From the NCBI GenBank assembly GCA_043822305.1, contig JBDRBU010000012.1, forward strand, positions 1-33,237: DNA of 33,237 nt, in the 5' to 3' direction. Shown here piece after piece: positions 27,301-33,237 of this stretch. The notes under the pieces are model-generated. The model saw nothing but the letters and a program-made list of their open reading frames with translations, was not told the DNA's origin and ran no database searches. Every line of letters begins with the position of its first letter. Positions within the stretch are counted from its first letter, which is position 1. The DNA comes from Candidatus Firestoneibacteriota bacterium. Lineage in GTDB: Bacteria > Oederibacteriota > D2-FULL-39-29 > JBDRBU01. The position numbers and the translations under genes are program-made.

Positions 27301-27746
27301 TTAAATTAAATGAAGTCTCTAATAAATGGGAAATAGTAGAGAGTGGTTATAGTTTAGATACCACGACTAAGGTCATAAGAGCGATAATTAATTCGTCTGG
27401 AATTTACAATATTCTTGGTTATGTTATTCCAGAAACTACTCTTTCAAATGTTACAAATTATCCAAATCCTTTCTCAGCTGGAAAAGAGGAAACCAAGATA
27501 GTTTATGTCTTAACCAAAGATAGTGATGTAGAGATAAGTATATATACTTTAACAGGTGATTTGGTAAGAAAGTTTAACTATTCAGCAGGGGCAGAAGGTG
27601 GTAAGGGAACTTCAAGTGGATATACTAATGAAATTTCCTGGGACGGGAAAAATGGACAAGGAAGTATAGTGGCCAATGGAATTTATAATTGCGAGATTAT
27701 AGCTGGTAAATTAAAAGAAATCAGAAGAATCGGTGTATTAAAATAG
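24330..27746 (+). CDS. Secreted protein: six-bladed Kelch propeller, several Ig/FN3-like domains, C-terminal FlgD-Ig/T9SS-CTD-like domain
   Basis: Signal peptide; six PSxR...FGG...(D/E)TW repeats; NRPPTTPTLVSP-type Ig starts; DADNNG Ca-binding-like motif; NYPNPF...IYTLTGDLVR...WDGKN...VANGIY. Confidence 0.85.
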   Translation: MGKKITIILFLSFVNVYGATNWLNTSDTDFNGGTPDGVSIRGTGASSYIELVNDWTEKTPSPSPSNRCYSYISYNSAADGIILFGGLGASALQDTWEYSFSSNTWTNKNASNPPSARYKGIMVYYSVQQVMVLFGGWDGSVKGETWVYDYGSNGWTPKSPSGPPSARFCHGMAYDVLNERVILFGGTSDGANGNNETWVYNVAAGAEGEWTQKIPVTGSPSARFNHSMCYAGNGKVILFGGFDGSVYKNDTWIYDFVENTWTQKFPLTSPSIRGYHSLSYDSINEKVIMFGGWNISTYFNETWVYDVAGNNWKNMAPPVLPSGRYRLNMAYDNTNQKTIIFGGNNGVSDLPDTWAYNLRLNNSNTNTWISSSKDTGTSTTTLSWMNISWNPSSQPADTELKFRIATNNDNSTWNYLGFDGTGTTYYTNAGGQVINPVHNGNRYFKLNAYLNSTKLSTPTLSDVTVSYNRPPTTPTLVSPNNGVVTTTTPIFTWNNSADDDGDTRTYKLYLDAVTPPVTAYTNIAEGTSTTSFTITSPLTYGVWYWKVQCFDGNAYSTASTICSIDADTPPSVTISSPNTGDWSGSSQSVVWTFSDPDGPGYQISSFDIKLSRDSGSTYPITIASGVSVGTSPQTISSIDTRQYANSGFCKIKVIATDGKGLTGEDVADGLVTINNPNIAPIVTLTSFDSGGVFSGVQNITWTCSDQNGTDTHTFDIKLSSDGGLDGYPTIIVSGLTSSPYAWPTGNHPNGTQYKIKVIGTDNGVPSYSGEDTSSQNITINNANKPPNTFSLLTPVNGSTLSDDTPTLTWENNGDPDSGLGDYVAFYKLHYSTNSNFLLETVISGITSTSYTLPKLTDLTTYYFKIEALDTQSVSRYSNEVFSFKIDRKNVSSSDNLITVNITSGLPDNGYLKVIQSPATNAISNANLSAKKDPLIKPIGDSTGYSVDFFDAADSKVSDVVFSATILFTYSDADNNGVLDGTSIPVKYLRIFKLNEVSNKWEIVESGYSLDTTTKVIRAIINSSGIYNILGYVIPETTLSNVTNYPNPFSAGKEETKIVYVLTKDSDVEISIYTLTGDLVRKFNYSAGAEGGKGTSSGYTNEISWDGKNGQGSIVANGIYNCEIIAGKLKEIRRIGVLK

Positions 27747-27841
27747 GGACAGATACCTATTTTTCTTACAAGATAGATTTTATTATATTGTAGTTTTGCC
27801 CATTCATAAGATTTAATGTCAAAGAGGGAGAAAAATAATGA

Positions 27842-27918
27842 CGGGGTGTGGCGCAGTTGGCTAGCGCACTCGCTTGGGGTGCGAGTGGTCGCCCGTTCAA
27901 ATCGGGTCGCCCCGACCA
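27842..27918 (+). tRNA. tRNA-Pro(GGG), CCA encoded
   Basis: Acceptor CGGGGTG/CGCCCCG, D-arm GCGC, anticodon arm CTCGC-TTGGGGT-GCGAG, T-loop TTCAAAT, ends ACCA; 77 nt. Confidence 0.95.
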
Positions 27919-27939
27919 GAATATGGAAATAATATAAAA

Positions 27940-28692
27940 ATGAAACCTAAAATACTAATTACAAATGATGATGGCATATATTCAAATGGGATAAATTTGC
28001 TAATAAAGATTTTGAAACCGCTGGGAGATTTATGTGTCGTGGCTCCATTACAAGAAAAGAGTGGAGCGGGACATTCTATAACTATGCATCATCCTTTACG
28101 AGTTCGGTTTTTAAAAAAAAATGTAGTTGCCGTTGAAGGAACACCAACAGACTGTGTAATGTTTGGAATATACTACTTATTGAATCACAAAAGACCTGCT
28201 TTACTTGTCTCCGGAATTAATAAAGGAGCAAATCTAGGCGATGACATAACATATTCCGGTACAGTTAGTGCTGCTTTAGAAGGAACATTACTTGGAGTTC
28301 CCTCTATGGCTGTGTCATTATGTGGAGAAAAGATATTTAATTTATCTGGTATCTCTAAATTTTTAAGGAATTTATGTAGATTAATTATTAAGAACAATCT
28401 CCCCAAAAATACTTTTTTAAATATAAATATCCCTTGTGTAAAAAAAATTAAAGGAACAATGCTTACAAAACAAGGAAAAAGAATTTATAAAGATACTATG
28501 ATAAAAAAAATAGACCCAAGGGGTAACTCTTATTTTTGGTTAGATGGAGAAAAACCTTCATGGGAGAAAGGGAAAAATACAGACTTTGAAGCTATAGGAA
28601 AAAATATGATTTCTATCACTCCTTTAAAATTTGATTTAACTAATTACGAGGTAATGGATAAACTTACCTGTTTTAGTAAGATAAAAATATAA
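27940..28692 (+). CDS. surE: 5'/3'-nucleotidase SurE
   Basis: KILITNDDG, SGAGHSIT, GTPTDCV, SGINKGANLG, YSGTVSAALEG, ISITPL. Start moved to ATG 27940 because the ORF-track start lies in the tRNA. Confidence 0.95.
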   Translation: MKPKILITNDDGIYSNGINLLIKILKPLGDLCVVAPLQEKSGAGHSITMHHPLRVRFLKKNVVAVEGTPTDCVMFGIYYLLNHKRPALLVSGINKGANLGDDITYSGTVSAALEGTLLGVPSMAVSLCGEKIFNLSGISKFLRNLCRLIIKNNLPKNTFLNINIPCVKKIKGTMLTKQGKRIYKDTMIKKIDPRGNSYFWLDGEKPSWEKGKNTDFEAIGKNMISITPLKFDLTNYEVMDKLTCFSKIKI

Positions 28693-29435
28693 TGAATACC
28701 TTTTTAAAATTAAGCGGGGCGTGGCGCAGTTGGCTAGCGCATCTCGTTCGGGACGAGAGGGTCACCCGTTCAAATCGGGTCGCCCCGATATTTCTTATCA
28801 TTTTTATTGCTTTTAATTCATATGCTACTCCAGACAGTGCAAGTTCATATAATGGCCCAACTGGTCTAATAAATATTCCTTCAGGAAATATTTTAGATAA
28901 TAATGAACAAACAGTTTCTTTGCATAGATACCAGATTAAATATACATATGGTCTTCTTTCAATCTTAGAGATTGGATTAAAAACAAGTTTAGAAGGAGTG
29001 TCTACTTTAGAAACTTTATCAAAAAATTTTACTTTTAATATAAAAGGACAATTATTAGACGAGAATAAACATTTTATAAATTTATCTATTGGTGTAGAGA
29101 GTACAAATTTTTATTTATCAATAAATAAGCATTTTAAAGAATTAAATGATATAAATATATATATAGGGACAGGTACATCAAGATTTAACTATTTTTTTAT
29201 GGGAATTTCATATTATGTTGACCCACTTCTTAGATTAATGTTTGAGTATGATGGTGTTGATTTCAACATTGGTGGGAGGTTATTACTTTCACCACAAATA
29301 AGATTTGATATATGTATTTTAGGTTTTAAAAAATTATATCAACTTCCATATTTAAATGATATAATTAATAATAATATAGTATTTGGAATATCTTATTCTG
29401 AATACTTAAATATTGATTTAAGTGGTATTTTTTAG
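28692..29435 (+). CDS. YjbH-like outer-membrane beta-barrel protein; start uncertain because the 5' end overlaps a tRNA
   Basis: Signal h-region IFLIIFIAFNSYA; YNGPTGLINIPSGNIL resembles the YjbH N-terminus; amphipathic strands; terminal Phe. Confidence 0.65.
   Translation: MNTFLKLSGAWRSWLAHLVRDERVTRSNRVAPIFLIIFIAFNSYATPDSASSYNGPTGLINIPSGNILDNNEQTVSLHRYQIKYTYGLLSILEIGLKTSLEGVSTLETLSKNFTFNIKGQLLDENKHFINLSIGVESTNFYLSINKHFKELNDINIYIGTGTSRFNYFFMGISYYVDPLLRLMFEYDGVDFNIGGRLLLSPQIRFDICILGFKKLYQLPYLNDIINNNIVFGISYSEYLNIDLSGIF
28715..28788 (+). tRNA. tRNA-Pro(CGG), CCA not encoded
   Basis: Acceptor CGGGGCG/CGCCCCG, anticodon arm TCTCG-TTCGGGA-CGAGA, T-arm ACCCG-TTCAAAT-CGGGT, discriminator A. Confidence 0.92.
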
Positions 29436-29452
29436 TAAGTGAGGATTATTTT

Positions 29453-30292
29453 GTGAAAGATATATTAAGAATTTATTTAAAAGAAATAGGTAATTTTCCC
29501 CTGCTTTCTCGTGAGGAAGAAATAAAATTATTTCGTTTATATAAGAAGGGAAATAAATTAGTTAAAAGATTACTAATAAAATCAAATCTTAGATTAGTGG
29601 TTAATATTGCAAAAAGGTATATTAAATTTGGTGTTCCATTACTTGACTTAATAGAAGAGGGAAATATGGGACTAATTAAAGCAATTGAAAGATTTAAATT
29701 TCAAAAAGGATTTAGGTTTAGCACATATGCTACTTGGTGGATTAAACAATATATTATCAGGGCTTTATCAGAACAAGGTAGGTCTATTCATTTACCTGTA
29801 CATATTATAGAAATGCTAAACAAGTATATAAAGGTAACAACACAGTTGATTCAAAAATTAGGCAGGGAACCAACTGTTAAAGAAGTATCCAAAAAATTAA
29901 GATTATCTATAGATAAAACAAAAAAAATAATTGAAATATCAGAAATGCCAATTTCTTTAACTTTATTTACACCTGATGATGAAGATAAAAGAACTTTAGA
30001 AGATTTGATAGAAGATAAGACTTTTATTTCTCCTTTTGAATCTCATATTTCTGTAATACAATTAGAAAGAATTGAGAAACTTCTTGAAGTATTAAACAAA
30101 AGAGAGGGTATGATCTTAAGATTAAGATTTGGCCTTAAAAATAGCATACCTCATACTTTAGCCGAAACAGGTAAAATTTTTAAAATTAGCAGGGAAAGAA
30201 TAAGACAAATAGAAGTAAAAGCGTTAAGAAAATTAAGACATTCTGCAGGAAGTAAAGAAAAAGGTTTAGAATATTTTTCAAGAGAAGAATAG
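29453..30292 (+). CDS. RNA polymerase sigma70-family factor, group 2/RpoS-like (no region 1.1)
   Basis: GTG start with SD GAGGA; region 1.2 LRIYLKEIG...LLSREEE; region 2 NLRLVVNIAKRY, RFSTYATWWIKQ; region 4 SRERIRQIE. Confidence 0.92.
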   Translation: MKDILRIYLKEIGNFPLLSREEEIKLFRLYKKGNKLVKRLLIKSNLRLVVNIAKRYIKFGVPLLDLIEEGNMGLIKAIERFKFQKGFRFSTYATWWIKQYIIRALSEQGRSIHLPVHIIEMLNKYIKVTTQLIQKLGREPTVKEVSKKLRLSIDKTKKIIEISEMPISLTLFTPDDEDKRTLEDLIEDKTFISPFESHISVIQLERIEKLLEVLNKREGMILRLRFGLKNSIPHTLAETGKIFKISRERIRQIEVKALRKLRHSAGSKEKGLEYFSREE

Positions 30293-30321
30293 ATTTCTTG
30301 CCTTTAAAATACCTCGTTGGT

Positions 30322-30349
30322 ATTGCTTTTGCTACCGCTCGCAATGACA
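30322..30349. repeat. Palindromic element family A copy between convergent genes
   Basis: ATTGCTTTTGCTACCGCTCGCAATGACA (ATTGC/GCAAT arms), followed by a partial echo TCACAATGAC. Confidence 0.6.
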
Positions 30350-30397
30350 CACAAATCACAATGACGGTGTACGAAAAAATAAATGTGGCTGTCTCAT

Positions 30398-33010
30398 TTA
30401 TTTAAATTTTTGGATGTTTAGTCTTGCGTTTGTATAGTTTGGGTTAATTTCCAATGCTTTTTCCCAGGATTTGATTGCGGTTTTAAAATCTCCTTTTGTT
30501 CCATAGGCTATACCCAGATTATTCCATGCTTCTACATCCAAAGGTTTTAATAAAGTTATATTTTTATAGCAATTAATTACTCCATCAAGATTTCCAGTAC
30601 TTGACATGACTACACCCAGACTATTCCAGGCTTCTATAAATTTTGGATTTAATTTCAAGGCAACCTCGTATTCTTTTATGGAATTTTTATAATCTTTTTG
30701 TCGAAAGTACACAGTGGCTAATCCATAGTGAGTTTCAGGAACACTGGGATTTATACTTAATGCTTTATTAAAAGAAATGATTGATTCGTCATAAGATCCT
30801 TTTTTATCATAGACTACTCCCAGATTTGTATATATTTCATACGAGTTTGGTTCAATTAGAAGTCCCTTTTCATAAGATTCAATTGCTTTATCTAATTCAT
30901 TTTTGTCTAAGTAAGCATTACCAAGTATATAGTGTGCTTTAGATATATACGGATTTATGGCTAAGGCTCTTTCGTAAACTTGGACAGCATCATCTGGTAA
31001 ATTTGCTTGTCTATATAATTGTCCAAGATTATAAAAATATGTGTCTATTGGTGAAATTTCTATCGCTTTTAAATAATATTTTATAGCACTGTCAAACAGT
31101 CCTTTTTTATAATAAATAATTCCCAGATTATTAAATGCATCTGCAAATTTAGGATTTATCTCTACGGCTTTATTACAGTATTTTATGGCTTCATCTAAAA
31201 ATCCCTTCTTTATAAATGATATCCCTAAATTATTTTGAACAGTTTCAATGTCAGAACCTATTTTTTCTACTTCATTATAGAAAATCTCTGCTTGTTTTAT
31301 GTCTTTATTTTCAAAGCAGTACTCACCCAGAGAAAAATAAAATAATGAAATAACTTCTCTTGTTAAAAAATCTTTATAAAATGAGTTATCTTCAAAAAGT
31401 TTAGTGTCATAAGTATTAACATTAAATTTTTCTACAACTTCATTTGAATTTTTTAAAACTCTGAATAACATACCAACCGATTTAGTGTTCGCACTTGGGA
31501 CATTATAAATATTGCTACCGGTAACACAATATACTGGTGTTTTAGAGGCTTGAATTAATCTCCACTGAACATCGTTTAATCTTTTATGATAATCACCGAA
31601 CTCTAATTTGTAAAAATCTTTTCCGTAGATGTTTTCAAAAACATTTCCTGTATCATCATATATAGTTAGATCAGGTCGTTTTATCTCAACCTTTTGTAGA
31701 TATGCATTTATAAATGTTGCATTGTCACCGGCCACAAAGAGAACTCCATCTTTAGATACAGTTTTTAAAATATTTACTCCGTAAGTATATGCAGTTGTAT
31801 TTTTACTTTTGTCATTTTTGAAATAATTAAATTTTAAAGTTAAAACTGTAAAAAGTAATAAGATAAGTGTTAAAACATATTTTGCCCACGCACCAGAAGG
31901 TGCGGGGTTTAAGTAGTTAAATTTATTGAAAAGAAAAAAGACTCCAAGAGAGCCCAGGATTGAAAGTATTAAGTATGATGGGATAAAAAATGGGTCCATA
32001 ATATAAAGGTCATGACTGTTTAATAAATAATTTGTAAGAAAAGCAAACCCAAAACTTGTTAAACAAAATATTGTCAAGAGTAATATCAAGAAAACTTTTT
32101 TTAACTTAAAAAGAAAATAAACGCCAAAAGGAAAGAATAAAAATAATAAATTTCCCTGATTAACTACTGCTTTTATATATCCACCTGTTTGAGAAACGAA
32201 GTGACTTAAAGTTCTTTGTCCAGCTTCTACAATTTGATATTGCTGTCTGGTTATATGTCTAATAAAATTTGGAATATTTTCCGGATTTCCCCAGTCTAGA
32301 GGTGGATTAGCTAATGAGCGGATAGGGAGATACAGATAAGTGACTAAAGTGACTAAAGTGACTAAAGTGAAGAAAGTAAAAAGATAAGAAAAAATATTTT
32401 TCTTATCTATTTTATATATCAAGTAAAATAAATATAATGAAAATAAAAATGTTAAAGGAATCATAGTTTGATGGTTGGCCAGTCCTAAACCACAAAGAAT
32501 AGCTATTGGATATATTTTTTTTAAATCTCTTGTTACTTCAATTATCCATATTAGATATAATATGGATAACATTATAAAAGCATTAAGTGTATATAATCCA
32601 CCTTTGGCCATTAAACTTTGATTCCAGAATGAAAAAGAAAAAGCGAAGGATAGAGAAGCAAAAGTAGAAGTTTGGTAGTCGCAGACTTTAGCCTGCGAAT
32701 AAAGGAAAGTAGAGAGAGTAAAAAAAGTAGATAATGATAAAAATAATATAAATATTGTAAGACTGCCGAAAAATGCGGAGGTTAAATTCACTCTGTAGGC
32801 AATGTTGCTTAATGGAAGTGTTGAAAATATTTTCCCGAGCATTGTATAAAGAGGATAACCAGGCGGATGAGGTATACCCAGATAATATGCCGCTGTGATT
32901 ATTTCACCACTATCCCCAACATAAACTGTTGGACAAATAGTGACTAAATAGATAGAAAATGGAATAATGAATGAAAGTAATGTAATTGTTATATTAAATA
33001 TTCTTTTCAT
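30398..33010 (-). CDS. DUF2723/TMEM260-like GT-C membrane glycosyltransferase with C-terminal TPR array
   Basis: GDSGEIITAAYYLGIPHPPGYPLY signature, ~10 TM helices, YLYLPIRS...DWGNP, GDN motif, about eight TPRs (AWNNLG...). Confidence 0.85.
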   Translation of the reverse strand: MKRIFNITITLLSFIIPFSIYLVTICPTVYVGDSGEIITAAYYLGIPHPPGYPLYTMLGKIFSTLPLSNIAYRVNLTSAFFGSLTIFILFLSLSTFFTLSTFLYSQAKVCDYQTSTFASLSFAFSFSFWNQSLMAKGGLYTLNAFIMLSILYLIWIIEVTRDLKKIYPIAILCGLGLANHQTMIPLTFLFSLYLFYLIYKIDKKNIFSYLFTFFTLVTLVTLVTYLYLPIRSLANPPLDWGNPENIPNFIRHITRQQYQIVEAGQRTLSHFVSQTGGYIKAVVNQGNLLFLFFPFGVYFLFKLKKVFLILLLTIFCLTSFGFAFLTNYLLNSHDLYIMDPFFIPSYLILSILGSLGVFFLFNKFNYLNPAPSGAWAKYVLTLILLLFTVLTLKFNYFKNDKSKNTTAYTYGVNILKTVSKDGVLFVAGDNATFINAYLQKVEIKRPDLTIYDDTGNVFENIYGKDFYKLEFGDYHKRLNDVQWRLIQASKTPVYCVTGSNIYNVPSANTKSVGMLFRVLKNSNEVVEKFNVNTYDTKLFEDNSFYKDFLTREVISLFYFSLGEYCFENKDIKQAEIFYNEVEKIGSDIETVQNNLGISFIKKGFLDEAIKYCNKAVEINPKFADAFNNLGIIYYKKGLFDSAIKYYLKAIEISPIDTYFYNLGQLYRQANLPDDAVQVYERALAINPYISKAHYILGNAYLDKNELDKAIESYEKGLLIEPNSYEIYTNLGVVYDKKGSYDESIISFNKALSINPSVPETHYGLATVYFRQKDYKNSIKEYEVALKLNPKFIEAWNSLGVVMSSTGNLDGVINCYKNITLLKPLDVEAWNNLGIAYGTKGDFKTAIKSWEKALEINPNYTNARLNIQKFK

Positions 33011-33020
33011 ATAAAGTATA

Positions 33021-33042
33021 TCGGGGTCAGGAATAACCCCGA
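33021..33042. repeat. Single palindrome in the leader of the DUF2723 gene
   Basis: TCGGGGT-CAGGAATA-ACCCCGA. Confidence 0.55.
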
Positions 33043-33058
33043 CTCCATTTCATACATT

Positions 33059-33087
33059 AAGATACAAGATTTTTAATTAAAAGTCAA
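33059..33087 (-). promoter_or_regulatory. Putative sigma70 promoter for the DUF2723-TPR gene
   Basis: Minus strand TTGACT-17 bp-TATCTT, 48 nt upstream of the ATG. Confidence 0.5.
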
Positions 33088-33186
33088 ATGTTTATTTAGA
33101 GGCTGTCCCAAAACTATGATTTAGAGGATAAAAAATAAATTTATTTACAGAAAAATTAAAAAGATATACAAAAATGAAATGATATA

Positions 33187-33232
33187 TGGTATAATAAAGT
33201 TTGATGAAAGGAATAAAAGGAAATTCAGGAGG
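33187..33232 (+). promoter_or_regulatory. Extended -10 promoter and SD for a gene starting just beyond the window
   Basis: TGG-TATAAT at 33187-33195; AGGAGG at 33227-33232. Confidence 0.6.
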
Positions 33233-33237
33233 TAAAG

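Noticed and set aside
27874..27939. surE extension starting at TTG inside tRNA-Pro(GGG)
   Set aside because: SurE begins at the KILITNDDG motif and an ATG is available at 27940, unlike the situation at the second tRNA.
4273..28406. The other short minus-strand ORFs in the track (e.g. 4273-4701, 11762-12130, 17351-17683, 20541-20915, 24691-24990, 28185-28406)
   Set aside because: All lie largely or wholly opposite confident genes and show no independent coding features.
27892..28788. 24-bp direct repeat of a tRNA 3' end flanking surE, read as attL/attR of an integrated element
   Set aside because: Both copies belong to complete tRNAs with different anticodons, the enclosed gene is housekeeping, and no integrase is present.
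1..33237. CRISPR array, prophage, rRNA or intact transposase
   Set aside because: No regularly spaced repeat-spacer array, phage genes, rRNA-like sequence or transposase ORF seen.

Overview
AT-rich bacterial chromosomal window, probably from a diderm (LolA, PorV-like and YjbH-like beta-barrel genes); the exact lineage cannot be determined from the sequence alone. (1) 1-13601 is one tightly packed + strand operon-like cluster: two paralogous surface/periplasmic proteins (helical DUF4398-like repeats, Ser/Thr linker, C-terminal membrane anchor), two different OPT-like polytopic membrane proteins, a 1468-aa fusion of a catalytically degenerate M28/PA peptidase fold to a MacB/FtsX-type permease, a Cys/His internally duplicated protein, a stand-alone PqqD/RRE protein, a minimal FtsX permease, a LolD/MacB-type ATPase and a PilZ protein. 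I know of no assigned function for it, and it is the best candidate for an undescribed system. (2) A convergent GAF-GGDEF diguanylate cyclase that appears to be leaderless. (3) lolA-rodZ-yajQ-dnaJ-like, two histidine kinases and a receiver protein. (4) PorV-like barrel-TPR, TPR/HEAT membrane protein and a secreted Kelch/Ig protein with a FlgD/T9SS-like C-terminus. (5) tRNA-Pro(GGG)-surE-tRNA-Pro(CGG)-YjbH-like-sigma70, where the second tRNA lies wholly inside the apparent 5' end of a protein-coding gene. (6) A DUF2723/TMEM260-like glycosyltransferase-TPR gene. At least five families of short palindromic REP-like elements are scattered through the window, some of them in frame inside genes. All family names come from motif recognition by eye, not from database searches.
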